Assembly: GCA_964016885.1 (NCBI GenBank)
Contig: OZ024754.1
Span: 32,054,001 to 32,118,000, forward strand
DNA: 64,000 nucleotides
Direction: 5' to 3'
Source: Eledone cirrhosa
Taxonomy: Eukaryota
Every line of letters begins with the position of its first letter. Position 1 is the stretch's first letter. Both the position numbers and the translations under genes were made by a program. Under the pieces are notes generated by a model. It saw only the letters and a program-made list of their open reading frames with translations, made no database searches and was not told the origin of the DNA. This document shows, in pieces, positions 1 to 12,687 of the stretch.

Positions 1-260
1 TGGACATGATGATTTTGTTTTTTACATGAACTAGGATAAATTTGCTAAAGAATGTTCTACATTCTTTAGATATCAATAAAGAATACAGTTGAAGAGAATA
101 GGAGTAGAAATATTGACATCAACACAGGAATATGTAAAACAAGAAAAATATCTATATATTGTGATGAGAGAAGAAATTATTTTAAAAAAATATATATATT
201 TGAGAAATTTAAAGGATTGATTTCATTTCCTAAAGAGATGCCAAGAATGAAAGGAAAACC
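1..260 (+). repeat. 5' leader paralogous to 11253-11510 (shared upstream region of the two ZNF genes)
   Basis: tggacatgatgattttg...gatatcaataaagaatac...gatgagagaagaaa recurs with few differences in front of ZNF ORF 2. Confidence 0.9.
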
Positions 261-1785
261 AGCATACAAATGTGATATTTGTGGCAAATCATTCTTTCGA
301 AATTACATCTTAACTAGACACAGATACATTCATACAGGAGAGAAACCATATCAATGTGATATCTGTGGTAAATCATTCTCTCAAAATAATGATGTAACAA
401 CTCACAAACGTATTCATACAGGAGAGAGGCCATATCACTGTGATATTTGTGGCAAATCATTCTCTCGAAATTACATCTTAACTAGACACAGATACATTCA
501 TACAGGAGAGAAACCATATCGATGTGATATCTGTGGTAAATCATTCTCTCAAAATAATGATGTAACAACTCACAAACGTATTCATACAGGAGAGAGGCCA
601 TATCACTGTGATATCTGTGGTAAATCATTCTCTCATGCAAATGCTTTAACTATACACAAACGTATTCACACAGGAGAAAAACCACACCATTGTGATATCT
701 GTGGTAAATCATTCTTTACACAAACTCACTTAACTTCTCATCAACGTGTTCATTCAGGAGAGAAACCATATCACTGTGATATCTGTGGTAAATCATTCTC
801 TCAGGGCAGTAGCTTAACTAAACATGAACGTATTCATACAGGTGAGAAGCCATATCATTGTAACATCTGTGGTAAATCATTTTCTGAAGGCAGTACCTTA
901 ATTACTCACAAACGGATTCATACAGGAGAGAAGCCATATCACTGTGATATCTGTGGTAAATCATTTTCTGTGCGTAGTCACTTGACGAAACACAAATACA
1001 TTCATACAGGAGAGAAGCCATATCACTGTGATGTCGGTGGTAAATCATTCTCTGAAGATAATGAATTAACTATACACAAACGGATTCATACAGGAGTAAA
1101 ACCATACAAATGTGACATCTGTGGAAAATCATTTTTTCAAATGGGTCACTTAACTATTCACAAATATATTCATACAGGAGAAAAACCATATCACTGTGAT
1201 ATCTGTGAAAAGTTATTCACAGAAAAAAATAGCCTAATTGCTCATAAACGTACTCATACAGGAGAGAAACCATACCACTGTGATATCTGTGGTAAATCAT
1301 TCTCTGAAAATGGGGAATTAATGAAACACAAATACATTCATACAAGAGAGAAACCATACCACTGTGATGTTTGTGGTAAATCATTCTCTCAAAGTAGTGA
1401 CTTAACTAAACACACACATATTCACACAGTAGATAAGGCATTTCATTGTGATATCTGTGGTAAATCATTCTCTCAAAATGGTAAATTAACTATACACAAA
1501 CGTATTCATACAGGAGAGACACCATACCACTGTGATATTTGTGGTAAATCATTTATTGAACAAAGTAAATTAACTATTCACAAACGTGTCCATACAGGAG
1601 AGAAGCCATATCACTGTGATATCTGTGATAAATCATTCTCTGCAAGAAGTACTTTAACTCTACATAAACGTATTCATTCAGGCGAAAAGCCATATGATTG
1701 TGATATCTGTGGGAAATCATTCTCTGTAAAAGGTAACTTAATTAAGCATAAACTCATTCATTCAGGGCAGAAACCATGTCATTGA
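217..1785 (+). CDS. Poly-C2H2 zinc-finger protein, 18 fingers (finger 10 degenerate), no KRAB/other effector domain visible
   Basis: Uninterrupted CxxC-x12-HxxxH repeats with TGEKPY linkers; first ATG at 238; a broken 19th finger follows the stop; AATAAA near 2119-2139. Confidence 0.93.
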   Translation: MISFPKEMPRMKGKPAYKCDICGKSFFRNYILTRHRYIHTGEKPYQCDICGKSFSQNNDVTTHKRIHTGERPYHCDICGKSFSRNYILTRHRYIHTGEKPYRCDICGKSFSQNNDVTTHKRIHTGERPYHCDICGKSFSHANALTIHKRIHTGEKPHHCDICGKSFFTQTHLTSHQRVHSGEKPYHCDICGKSFSQGSSLTKHERIHTGEKPYHCNICGKSFSEGSTLITHKRIHTGEKPYHCDICGKSFSVRSHLTKHKYIHTGEKPYHCDVGGKSFSEDNELTIHKRIHTGVKPYKCDICGKSFFQMGHLTIHKYIHTGEKPYHCDICEKLFTEKNSLIAHKRTHTGEKPYHCDICGKSFSENGELMKHKYIHTREKPYHCDVCGKSFSQSSDLTKHTHIHTVDKAFHCDICGKSFSQNGKLTIHKRIHTGETPYHCDICGKSFIEQSKLTIHKRVHTGEKPYHCDICDKSFSARSTLTLHKRIHSGEKPYDCDICGKSFSVKGNLIKHKLIHSGQKPCH

Positions 1786-2829
1786 TATCTGGTAAATTAT
1801 TCTCTCAAAACAATATGTTAACTACTCCCAAATACATTCATACAAATAAGAAACCACATGTGTGGTAAACATTCTTTGTATCTAGTCACATAACATTGCA
1901 CATCCAATGAAGCATGTTTGCTTACTTTAAATTTAATATAAATGCAAAGTAAGTGATATGATTGGTGAATTATCTTCACCATTATTTTAATGTCCACTCT
2001 ACTACCTGTTGGACATATTGTCATACAAGATGTCACATCAGTCTCTCAGTGTTTTGTCATCTCAGCAGTAAGTCCAAGTGTTTTGGGATCAAATTAAATC
2101 TCTTTGTGAATATTTTCAATAAACTAAAAGATAAATAAAACTGGTTTACTCTGAAATTATTCTTTTGTTATTTTATATGTTGAACTTCTAAACAAAGATT
2201 GTGCTAACATCATATGCCTATTTGGAAAGCAGTGACTCTGAATGTAGACTGTGCAAAGTGCAGTAAAGGCAACTCATGTAGGAAAGCAATGACTCTAAAT
2301 GGATATTTACATGTGGGACAGTCCATTTGGGAGAGTAGTCATTATTTTATATTTGCCTACCATGCTGCCGTGGGACATCATAGTCTGAGACTAGATGGGT
2401 CAATGAGAAACATTATCTTGCCCATACACTCCATCTTTGGTTTCTACAGCTTGATGCCCCCTCCTAACACTAACCACTTTATAGAATGTATCAGGTGCAC
2501 AGTACTACCACTTTACAAAGTGTACTGAGTACATTTTATCATGGCAAAAGCAAGGAGGAAACATGACTCTATCATGTTGAAGACAACCTGTCTAGGAAAG
2601 AAGTGACTCCAAATAAAACTTGATGCAACATTAGAGAGTAAACTTAAGTCCTGGTGGCATAGAGTACATCTAGTCCATGCTGTAAAGTGATTGATGATAG
2701 GAATGGTATTTAGTCGTAAAACTATGGAAAACACAGCTTACACTAATAGCATAAGGAGCTCACACCTATGTAGGTTTAACTGGCCTCCTACAAAGTTGCA
2801 TCCCATAGAACGTTCCTAGGGCATTTTAA

Positions 2830-2975
2830 TGATAGTGGTCCCAATCTTATCATGAAAAGCAATATGAAATGAAGCATCTTGTCCAAGAGCCCAACACACT
2901 GGTCAATCCATGAATTGAAACCATGACCTTGTATTTGTGAGCCCAATACCCTAACTACTAAGCCATATGCCTTTC
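2830..2975 (-). mobile_element. Degenerate tRNA-derived CORE-type SINE
   Basis: Reverse complement gives aggcatatggcttagtagttagg A box and a degraded tcttggacaagatgcttcatttca CORE-like segment, similar to 14471-14800. Confidence 0.55.
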
Positions 2976-3544
2976 CTGAAAGGTAAGAGTTTTCAGAGTG
3001 ACCACTGTTAATGTTGGGTGATTTAATTATTGAGTACCAAGTAAATACTGAGAAAGTCTTTTCCTAGTAGTTGTATCTATATTAAATTTACCCGAAATGT
3101 TGGATAGAATGCTTTGCTGTATTTGTTCCAGCATTCAGCACACAGGCAAGGACAATTCTCCCTTTCAAGGTTGATAAATAAAGTAGTAGGTCAGTACTAG
3201 GGGTTTCTTTTTCTATACGAGATAAAATAAGTACCAGGCTTGAAAGAATAGTACTAGGATCAGTATGGTTGACTAAATCAAATTGGTACTCCAGCATAGC
3301 TGCAGCTTAATGAATGAAACCATGAAAAGAAAAGAAAGTTATAACTAAATCATACTACATAAATATTTGAGTCGGTAGAGCACTGGACATTAACAGGGTG
3401 TTTCCTATTTATATAATCATAGGTGATATTTTGAAATCAGCTACAGAAGTGTAGATATGGCGCAACATTAATTAGTTATATGGGCAGTGAATTGGCAGTA
3501 TCAGTGGAGGGTCGGACATGCTTTCCAGCAGAGTTACGTCCCTT

Positions 3545-3713
3545 TAGGGGTAATTCAAAGTTAGGTGTGGATATGCAAATGAATGTATGAAAAATTGAAA
3601 ACAACCGTTTATTTAAATTCCCTAGCTTACCCCAGCGTAATTTAAATAAACGGTTGTTTTCAATTTTTCATACATTCATTTGCATATCCACACATAACTT
3701 TGAATTACTCCTA
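3545..3713. repeat. Foldback inverted repeat (about 75-bp arms) at the 5' side of a family A ribozyme element, joined to a truncated SINE head (3483-3548)
   Basis: 3545-3619 is the near-perfect reverse complement of 3639-3713. Confidence 0.9.
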
Positions 3714-3794
3714 ATAAGTTTCCACTATCCAGCGAATTTCCGCCCGTTAAGGTTGATTTCCATGGATACGTCGTTATTTATAAAACAAATTTTA

Positions 3795-3858
3795 TATTTT
3801 ATCTGATGAAAGCGCACCAAGATGGCTTGGTCGCCCTTGAAATATATATAATAAAATA
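3795..3858 (+). ncRNA. Minimal type I hammerhead ribozyme, family A
   Basis: Stem I tattttat/ataaaata, CTGATGA 3803, stem II hairpin, GAAA 3839, palindromic stem III ATATATAT, AUA cleavage triplet. Confidence 0.85.
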
Positions 3859-3911
3859 AATATGGTTTTATAAATATAGTTTCCATTTATTAATATCTTG
3901 GTATATATATA

Positions 3912-4190
3912 CATTTTTTTATTAGCCACAAGGGCACAAATACAAATGGGGAGTTTACATACAAGTATATGAAAATAAAACTATTAATAAAATAACAAAT
4001 AACAATTGAAATCCCCAATAGGTGGGAGGCGTTACACAGGGGTTGTACACACCCCGAAGAGAAAGAGAGAAATATAACACTGTTGGCAGTAAACGTTTTT
4101 CATTTGTTTTCCAAGATTTTCTAATTAAAAAAAAAATTTAGAATGTTTTTCAGAGACGGACAGAAAGGCACAGCTAATCATGGTTTTAGT
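3912..4190 (-). mobile_element. 3' end of a poly(A)-type non-LTR retroelement (second copy 49790-49925, +)
   Basis: Shared terminus tgtgcccttgtggc(t/a)aataaa and cgcctcc..ctatt.ggga motif; clade not determinable. Confidence 0.5.
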
Positions 4191-4287
4191 TAATATCAGT
4201 AATAGCAGCAGTAGTAGTAATAAACCTTTAAACACCTGGTCATATTATTACAAATCCCCTCCCTCCTTCTATGTTGCAGTACCTTTA

Positions 4288-4470
4288 ATAATTGTTTCTA
4301 CTTTTGGCACAAGGCCAGCAATTATCTCAGTGCATTACTGGTACTTTATTTTATCGACCCCGTAAGGATGAAAGTCAAAGTTAACCTCGGCGGGATTGGA
4401 ACTCAGACTGTAAAGGGACGTTAATCTATGCTGCAAAGCATGGCGCCCGACCCTCTACCGATACTGCCAA
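4288..4470 (-). mobile_element. tRNA-derived SINE family 1 (Meta-like central domain)
   Basis: A box tggcagtatcgg, B box gagttc.aatcc, central ctttcatccttacggggtcgataaaataaagtaccag; more than 20 copies in window. Confidence 0.85.
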
Positions 4471-4754
4471 TAATACAACTTAATTTTTTTTTTTTTTAGA
4501 AGAAAAAAAATATTTGTATTTAGAAACAGAAAGGGAAGGGAAAGGCAAGGGCTCTAGGGTCACATACGAATGGGAGGGTGATGGGCTCTGGGCTTAGAGC
4601 GCGGAGGTGTTCAAGCTACGTCCCGCGGACAAAACTGCAAAAGCATTTCCGAGGACAAGAGCTAGCGACACCCACTGCAACAGCCACCCTAACTCGCGGA
4701 GCTCTTTCCTCAGACGGACTGACGACGTTCCGATCTTGCAGAGAAGCTCGGCAG

Positions 4755-4815
4755 TATTGACCAATGAAAATCCCATAATTTCATTTCTGCCGTCTCTGTA
4801 TTCCGGAAGTACCTA
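4755..4815 (+). promoter_or_regulatory. Possible promoter (CCAAT + ETS CCGGAAGT) next to a CpG-rich island
   Basis: ccaat at 4761, ccggaagt at 4803, GC/CpG-rich 4570-4750, donor-like aag|gtatat near 5064; target gene inferred only. Confidence 0.3.
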
Positions 4816-5312
4816 ATTGTAATTTTTTTTTATTTGTTAATTATATTTCTTAATTGTTATATACAAATGTTATTTCTCCAAAGATACAATAAACAAAGGA
4901 AACCACAGCGGGTTATGCGGATATCTCCATGGATCCGACGAAGTAGATGCAATCTATTTTTTTTCTTAAATGTGATTAAACTTTGGAGCTAAGTAAAAGG
5001 TAAAAGTAATTAGTTCTACATACAACGGTCTTCGACTTTCCTCATCCAGATTCCATCGACAAGGTATATTTTATTTTAATACTTTACCGTCTATGTCTTC
5101 CCCGTCTGTCTTGTACTACTGGCACAACCGAAAGTAAAATGAAAAGCTGAAATGGTGAAACGACTTAAAACGTATTTACTTTCTGTTTCACCACAGCTAA
5201 GCGTAGTGTTGACTGTTAAGACTGACGATGATTCTCGTTTATATATAAACACACACATATACATATCTTTATATACACATATATACATATATATGTGTAC
5301 ACATAAACGCGT

Positions 5313-5388
<76 letters not shown>

Positions 5389-5479
5389 TTAGTATTTCCG
5401 TAGGAAAGGTAAAGGAAAGAAGAGTGCTCTATGTATTGTGTAGAGTTATTTAATTACATAATAAACAACAATAGAATTA

Positions 5480-5550
5480 TTTCATTACCGAAGGTTTCGA
5501 GAAACTAGATGATTCTTACAGAAACATCTTGCTCGTTCGTCAGACAGACA
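5480..5550 (-). ncRNA. Degenerate hammerhead ribozyme, family I
   Basis: CTGACGA, long stem II, GAAA, stem III ACC-ttc-GGT, GUA; stem I pairs poorly; downstream part recurs at 25945-26040. Confidence 0.5.
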
Positions 5551-5562
5551 AAACAATCAACT

Positions 5563-5646
<84 letters not shown>

Positions 5647-5648
<2 letters not shown>

Positions 5649-5866
5649 ATAATAATAAATTTGAAGAAAAATCCAAAGAGGGCTCGATAAGGATAAATAT
5701 ATATCAAATATATAAGAACCGTAGAGCAAATATTTATTAAAATAACAGATTAAAGTTTAAGCAAATAATCGCTGCTTTTACCCTTAACGGGTTCTTCTGA
5801 GTTTCAGAAGATCCTGTTAAGGGTGAAAGCAGCGATTCTTTGCTTAAACTTTAATCTGTTATTTTA

Positions 5867-5873
<7 letters not shown>
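5647..5873. mobile_element. Family B foldback element in TA/GA microsatellite
   Basis: Arms 5731-5800 and 5804-5873 are reverse complements; further copies at 28645-28693, 40395-40470, 45675-45735, 54292-54346, 55445-55625, 56265-56400. Confidence 0.85.
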
Positions 5874-5899
<26 letters not shown>

Positions 5900-5902
<3 letters not shown>

Positions 5903-5999
5903 AAGAATGAAACGAAATTTCATTTCTCACTCTTACTACGGCTGATACCTAAATATAAGTATGTATACGTACATACATATGTGTACAGACGCACAGTAG

Positions 6000-6039
<40 letters not shown>

Positions 6040-6350
6040 CATGCACACATATATATATATGTACGTATGGGTTTACCGAACATTTATTATAATGTTCGGT
6101 TTGTTTGTAAACAAACAGCCCGAATTACGCCGTACAGTGCTCGGCAACCATCATCGCCTTTTTGTTCAACACTGACACAGGAACGATGTACTAGTTTCAA
6201 GCTTATTAGCTATCGTCAGCATCGTATACCTTTCTGTCAGATGATTGAACGTCTGAAAGTATATACTTTCCTTATACATATTAACGGCTGAGCAGCCTAA
6301 TTTGCATATCGAGTGAGTTAGTCGGCCAGGCATACCGAAAACGATAAATA
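5900..6350 (-). mobile_element. Family G non-coding ribozyme element (second copy 63500-64000)
   Basis: Colinear similarity between both copies; TA-flanked; contains hammerhead and octamer. Confidence 0.8.
6183..6225 (-). ncRNA. Minimal type I hammerhead ribozyme, family G
   Basis: acgatg-CTGACGA-t-agct-aata-agct-t-GAAA-ctagt-a-catcgt: 6-bp stem I, palindromic ACTAGT stem III, GUA. Confidence 0.92.
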
Positions 6351-6359
6351 TATATAACC

Positions 6360-6530
6360 TCCCAGTCCACACTGTAAACGTGGTTGGTGTTAGGAAGGGC
6401 ATCCAGCCGTAGAAAACATGCCAGACAATCCGACACGAGCAAGACAACCAATCTTGCCTCAAGTGGGACAATTCCCGTCTAAACCCATGCTAGCATGGAA
6501 GATAGACATTAAACGATGATGATGATGATA
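6360..6530 (+). mobile_element. 3' half of a SINE with (TGA)n tail (others 8760-8985 +, 9155-9300 -)
   Basis: ggttggtgttaggaagggcatccagccgtagaaaac...aacccatgctagcatgg...gatgatgatga repeated in window. Confidence 0.75.
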
Positions 6531-6719
6531 TAAACTCCCAATATCATCTATAAATCAAACAAAAAACAATAAATCAAAAACTAATACAATTCAAAAATCT
6601 ACTAAACAACTTGTTCACACCCCTAATAACAATCACAATATTATAGTATCATCTGATAAAATCTACCCTCAAACTTCTATACATACCCAATATAACAATA
6701 GGAAACCAATTAGAGACCA

Positions 6720-7732
6720 TAAAAGAAACATAACATGGTATAATGCTCCATTTAACTTGCAAACTATGGGCCAAATCCCTAAAAAAAATTTTGCAATTCT
6801 CCATAAACATTTCCCACCTAACCACAAATACCATCAAATCTTAAACAGATATACAGTAAACTTTTCTTACTCCACATCGAACAATATACAACAAAAAATA
6901 AGTGCATATAACATCTATAAATGTAAAAAAGCTCCATGTATACCTCTAGCACACCACACACAAACTAACTATAATAATACTACAACGCATAACCAGAATA
7001 TTATTACCTATCCACCAGTTACACCCACTCACTCACCTCACCAACACAATACATCAGCCTACAACGAACTACCATCTTCCTCATCCTTAATAGGAATTAA
7101 GAATTACATACCCAATCTGACCAATAACTTCCACAACAACCATGATTCTATAAACACTATATCCCCTATAGTTTCACCAACTAACAACCCTTCGAGCCAT
7201 GACCACCCAACTGCAAACCCTTCTCTCTCATATAAAAATGTAAATACAAATGCTAGCACTGTTATTGGGAATATAGCAAGCACATCTGAAACCCTATGTA
7301 CAAATGGTTGTAATTGTAGAGTAAAAAGTAATTGCCCCTTAAATGGAAATTGCTTAATTAATAATATAGTGTATAAATGTATAATTACCACTAAGGACTC
7401 TAATCAATCCTATATTGGATCCACATCTAATCCGTTTAAATCGAGATTTTATGCACACCCCCACAGTTTTCGAAACACAACATTAGCTAATACCACTTCT
7501 TTAGCTGAAGCAGTTAATGTAAAACAAAGAAAATTAATTATAACCTAACTTGGAAGACTCTCAAAAGAGCCATTTCTTATCAGGGCGTGGAGTGAAAGGA
7601 GTGTGGACTGTGTTCCCAAGAAATTTTTGAAATTACTAAATCAAAAGACATTCTATTAAATAAAAGACAAGAATTAATTATCGCATGTATCCATAGAATT
7701 AGAAAGATATTCAAGTATTATAAATACAACTA
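6720..7732 (+). mobile_element. 5'-truncated Penelope-like element, Naiad-type (end of RT region, Cys linker, GIY-YIG endonuclease), frameshifted
   Basis: WYNAPF..HKHFPPNHKYHQILNRYTVNFSYS; CNCRVKSNCPLNGNCL; IVY..YIGST..FKSRF..H; after a frameshift near 7520 WK..CGLC..E..LLNKRQE..CIHR. Confidence 0.88.
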
Positions 7733-8154
7733 AACAAATAAAGAAAGAAATATATAAGAAAAAAAAATATATATATATATATGTGTGTGTGTATATATTT
7801 TTTTTGCTATTAGAATTACACCATAGATTCAATCCTATATTTCATCCCTATAACTGTTTTAAATAATTAACTATTAATGAGCACTATATATTACATTATA
7901 TTCAACACTCTAACAAAACTTTAACAGACATGCATTTAAACCTATTAAGAAAACCAGATTATTAATGAGATTTCTTATTCGAAAATAAAATTCCCTACAG
8001 GTAAAACTTCATTCTGACCACTCTAACACAATATAATACTTACACAAATTTTATTATTTTCTTACCTATATATTTTTTTATCTACTTTTTACTTTTCTTT
8101 GGTTCCATCTATATTCCTCATTGTTTTCACTATTTGTATTATATATATATATAT

Positions 8155-8730
8155 AATAGAATTAGAATTTAGCTTTGAGCATTGTTGTATACAGATATGT
8201 ATTTGAATTTCGTATTTCTAAAGAAATACGGTATGTTTTAAAATAAATATTTAGAAAGCCATAGCTATGCAACAACACCGGCAGCTATCGCCACCTGTCG
8301 GTCTCCAGCAGAAGCAAGGGTGACAATCGTCGAGGCATTTCAAACTGAGCTGGTTCACGTCAGGCCGATCCCTGCCGCTCTTGTAACTGCTGGACTTTGA
8401 AAACAGGCGAGAATATATAGTTTTTAGAAATACGAAATTCCAATACATATCTGTATACAGCTATGCTTGAAGCTAAATTCTAATCCTATCCTATTATAAG
8501 TTGAGCCAACTTATACAGCTTCATATGCATATGCAAATGAGATTAATCACCTCATTTACACAGATGAGAAAGCTATATATTCTTGCCTGTTTTCCAAGTC
8601 CAGCAGTTGCAGTTCAGTTCGAAATGCATCGACGATTGTCCCCCTTGCTTCTGCTGGACACCTCCAGGTGGTGATAGCTGCCCGTGATTTTGCATAGTTA
8701 CGGCTTTCTAAATGTTTATTTATAAATATA
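8155..8730. mobile_element. Family H nested inverted-repeat element
   Basis: 8155-8222 inverts to 8422-8490; 8245-8420 inverts to 8572-8725; TA flanks. Confidence 0.8.
8326..8369 (-). ncRNA. Degenerate hammerhead ribozyme, family H (3' half also at 8617-8636, +)
   Basis: atcggc-CTGACGT-gaac..gttt-GAAA-tgcctc-gacgat; other arm keeps gttc-GAAA-tgcatc-gacgat with palindromic ATGCAT. Confidence 0.7.
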
Positions 8731-9349
8731 CTGTATTTTGGTGACACAACAAAAAGCACTCAGTCCACACTGTAAAGTGGTCATGTAGGAGACACGGTAA
8801 AAAGGCCCCCCAGTCCACACTGTAAAAGTGGTTGGTGGTAGGAAGGGCATCCAGCCGTAGAAAACCTGCCAGAGATACTTCCGTACGAGCAAGACACGGT
8901 CTCCTGACCAATCCCACATTAAAGGAACAAAACCGTCCAACCCATGCTAGCATGGAAGATAGACGTTGAATGAGGATGATGATATAATAGGTGGTTCAGT
9001 AGATTTGTGGTTTACTGAGGAAAGTACCAAAATCAGCACTCTTTGCTAAGGCAGAGTGTATATATTAAAACAAAGCGAGGTTTCACATTTAAGTTTCTAT
9101 ATATAAGGGTGGTGCCCCAGCATGGCCTAAGCTGGAACAGGTAATAGAGTAATCATCATCATCATCATCATTTCATTTTACGTCCGCTTTTTCCCTGCTT
9201 GCAAGGGTGGGACGGGAACTGATTCTGGCTTGATTTCTACAGCTGGATGCCCTTCCTAACACCAACCTCATTTACAGTGAGTGCTGGGTGCTTTTTTGCC
9301 GTGGCGCCTCCACGACCACTTTGCAGTGGAATGATAGGGACCCCAGTCC

Positions 9350-9500
9350 CTATCATCTCATTTCTACAGCTGAGTAAACTGGAGCAATGTGAAATAAAGT
9401 GTCTTGCTCAAGGAAACAACACATCACCCGGTCTGAGAATTGAACTCACAACCTTTCGATTGCAAGCCCAATGCTCTAACCACTAAGCCATGTGCCTCCA
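9350..9500 (-). mobile_element. tRNA-derived CORE-type SINE
   Basis: ggaggcacatggcttagtggttagagc A box, gagttcaattc B box, ccttgagcaagacactt CORE-like domain. Confidence 0.85.
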
Positions 9501-9539
9501 TAATATCCAGTAATATATATAATAATAATAATAGACCAC

Positions 9540-9735
9540 AAATTTTCATTATGTTTATTGAGGTGTGACGCATGTTTCACGATTGATCAGCTCAAGTTTC
9601 GATCAGTATCGATTGGACCTGACTCTGAAATCAAAAGCTCAACAGTCTTCTGTGGGCGCAAGGACAGAATTATTGTGTATTTACATTGAGCTAAAAACTT
9701 TGTTGTTGGTATAAGTTTCTTCACCTGGGCTGTTA
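9540..9735 (-). mobile_element. Family F structured non-coding element (copies 28870-29072, 42572-42757)
   Basis: Shared AGAGTC-RGG-hairpin-YGAGCTGA..GAAAC-palindrome motif; TA flanks. Confidence 0.7.
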
Positions 9736-9869
9736 TATATGTTTATATATATATTAGAGTATGGGGTTAGCAGAACAGGGATGTGCGGATCACATTATGG
9801 TCAGTCAGTTGTGAAGCAGATAAAAAGAAGCGCTCAATGACCTGTATAAATGGTACAAGAAGGAGCATT

Positions 9870-10300
9870 ATATATTAATAAAAGATCGGAGGCCATATTC
9901 AGTTGATTCAGGTTTATTTAAAACTCTGTTATATTTCACTGGGGACCATCAGTAAAGATTGCCTGAGCTTTTTGGGGGAAATTATTGGATTTTTCCAAAT
10001 TTAAAGGTTTATTAGGAACTTTCACTGTTTATTTTAGGTTTTGCCGTCTGAAGAGCTCAGGCTATCCTAACTGATAGCCCTCAGTGAAATATGTATAATG
10101 GAATTTTAAATAAATCTGAATCAACTGAATATGGCCTCCGATCTTTTATTAATATATATATACATATATAGCATTAAAAAGATCGGAGGCCATATGCAGT
10201 TGATGTAGGTTTATTTATATCTTGATGATACATATTTCGCGGAGGACCATGACTAGATAGTGTTCAATTCCAATAGTCTGGGCACTTCAGATGGTATAAA
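9870..10300. mobile_element. Family J: three alternating-orientation copies of a ribozyme element
   Basis: 9870-9970 (-), 10044-10155 (+), 10172-10300 (-) share taaaagatcggaggccatat..agttgat. Confidence 0.8.
10044..10101 (+). ncRNA. Minimal hammerhead ribozyme, family J (degenerate copy 10222-10294, -)
   Basis: ccgt-CTGAAGA-stem II with ggctatc/gatagcc-GAAA-tatgtata-atgg. Confidence 0.75.
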
Positions 10301-11466
10301 AATATTTAACCCTTTACCATTTACATTACTCTATATATACTATTATATTTTCACGATAAAGGCTTTACCTCTCATAATTATATCACAAAATATCGAATCT
10401 ATGAGATTTTGATATTATTTATTTTGAAAACAATACCTTAACATCAGTATGAGCGGCCGGTTACAGCCAGTTTGAACAGAAAGAGGTAAGAAAATTCTAG
10501 CTGGATATGGCCAGTTTAAATGCTAAAGAGTTAAAACATCTTTGAAATATTACAAAATTTCTTCCAAAAAATTCAAAAGTCTCCTCAAAAATATTTTTTA
10601 TTTTGTGATATAAGGGACAGCAGAATGTGTTGTTTAAACATCAACTGACCCCTGTATCATATATATATATATACATTCGAAAGTAAGGTTTTTTTAATTT
10701 GTCCCACATGAGTAAAAATATAGGAAAAAGAAGTTGAAAATACAACTGGAATCTTTAAGAAGATTTATTTACAATAATTTATGATTTTACCGGTTTCACA
10801 ATCTGAATGTGTAGCTGTAGTTTAACATATATAATGTTACACATTCTAAAGCTGTAGCTGTACTCTGGAAATATTTAAATTTCACACAATGTAGTTTTAA
10901 TAATAAATTAAATGTGAAGTTCAGTTATTCAGGTAAATTTTTATAAATACAATTTATCAATATAGAAAACATGTCGCAAATTTCTTTTGTTGAATTTTTA
11001 TTTTCTAACTATTTTTTATATCATATATTATTTCTTTATTTCAGTATCTCAAATGACTTTGGCATTAAAGAATTCTTCACACTGGAGAGAAACCATTATT
11101 AATATTTATCATCTTTTAAAGACTGAAGGAAAATGTTATACAGAACAAGATATAACCCTCATGTTTATATAAATCTATGGTAGAGTTGCTGTGAAATATT
11201 TCTTATGAACTGAGAATATTGTCAAAATTTCTCTTCTTCACTGTCTTCAATCTGGACATGATGATTTTGTTTTCTACATGAATTAGGATAAATTTCCTAA
11301 AGAATGTTCTACATTCTTTAGATATCAATAAAGAATACCGTTGAAGAAAATAGCAGTAGAAATATTGACATCAACATAGGAATATGTAAAGCATGACAAA
11401 TATCTATACATTGTGATGAGAGAAGAAAAATGATAGGAATATGAATTATGTGAGAAATGTAGGCGA

Positions 11467-12687
11467 TTGATTTTATTTCTTGAAGAGATATTGAATGAGA
11501 AAGGAAAGTCTTCATGTCACTTTGATATTTGTAAAATGTCATTCTCCCAAAAAGGTAAACAAACTACACACAAACGTATTCATACAGGAGAAAAGCCATA
11601 TGACTGTGATATCTGTGGTAAATCATTCCCTTATGTAAATACCTTAATTATACACCAGCGCATTCATACAGGAGAGAAACCATATCACTGTAATATCTGT
11701 GATAAATCATTCTCCCAAATAAATACCTTAAATAAACACAATCGCATTCATACTGGAGAGAAGCCATATCACTGTGATATCTGTGGTAAATCTTTCTCTC
11801 AAAAAGGTAACCTCACTATTCACAAACGTATTCATACAGGAGAGAAACCATATCATTGTGATATCTGTAATAAATCATTCTCACGAAATGTTGAGGTAAT
11901 TGTTCATAAACGCATTCATACAGGAGAAAAACCATATCACTGTGATATCTGTGGCAAATCATTCTCTCAAATTAACACTTTAACTAATCACAAAAACATT
12001 CATACAGGAGAAAGACCATATTACTGTGATATCTGTGGTAAATCATTCTCTAATGGAAATACCTTGACTAAACATGTACGTATTCATACAGGAGAGAAAC
12101 CATATGAATGTGATATCTGTAGTAAATCTTTCTCTGTAAGTAGTAACTTTGCTAAACACAAGCGTGTTCATACAGGAGAGAAGCCATATCACTGTAATAT
12201 CTGTGGTAAATCATTCTCTGTAAATGGAAACTTTGCTAAACACAAGCGTATTCATACAGAAAAGAAAACATATCACTGTGATATCTCTGATAAATCATCC
12301 TTTCGAAATGATATGCTAACTATTCACAAACACATTCATACACAAAAAAAGCCATATCACTGTGATATCTGTGGTAAATCATTTTCTGTACCTAGTCACT
12401 TAAGTATTCACAAACACCTCCATACAGGAGAGAAGCCATATCACTGTGATATCTGTGGTAAATCATTTTCCCTAAAACATAATCTCACTACTCACAAACG
12501 CATCCATACAAGAGAGAAGCCATATCACTGTGATATTTGTGGTAAATCATTCTCACATGCAAGCACCTTAACTGTACACAAACGTATTCATACATGTGAG
12601 AAACCATATCACTGTGATATTTGTGGTAAATCATTCATTCAAAAAATTCACTTAAAATCTCATGTGCGTATTCATACAGAAAAGTAA
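11467..12687 (+). CDS. Poly-C2H2 zinc-finger protein, 14 fingers (1 and 10 degenerate)
   Basis: Tandem C2H2 with TGEKPY linkers; first in-frame ATG at 11536; acceptor-like tttatttcag at 11044; AATAAA near 12757. Confidence 0.92.
   Translation: MILFLEEILNEKGKSSCHFDICKMSFSQKGKQTTHKRIHTGEKPYDCDICGKSFPYVNTLIIHQRIHTGEKPYHCNICDKSFSQINTLNKHNRIHTGEKPYHCDICGKSFSQKGNLTIHKRIHTGEKPYHCDICNKSFSRNVEVIVHKRIHTGEKPYHCDICGKSFSQINTLTNHKNIHTGERPYYCDICGKSFSNGNTLTKHVRIHTGEKPYECDICSKSFSVSSNFAKHKRVHTGEKPYHCNICGKSFSVNGNFAKHKRIHTEKKTYHCDISDKSSFRNDMLTIHKHIHTQKKPYHCDICGKSFSVPSHLSIHKHLHTGEKPYHCDICGKSFSLKHNLTTHKRIHTREKPYHCDICGKSFSHASTLTVHKRIHTCEKPYHCDICGKSFIQKIHLKSHVRIHTEK

Noticed and set aside
7593-7595. In-frame TGA in the Naiad element as selenocysteine
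   Set aside because: Not at a conserved Cys position, element is frameshifted and no SECIS was recognised
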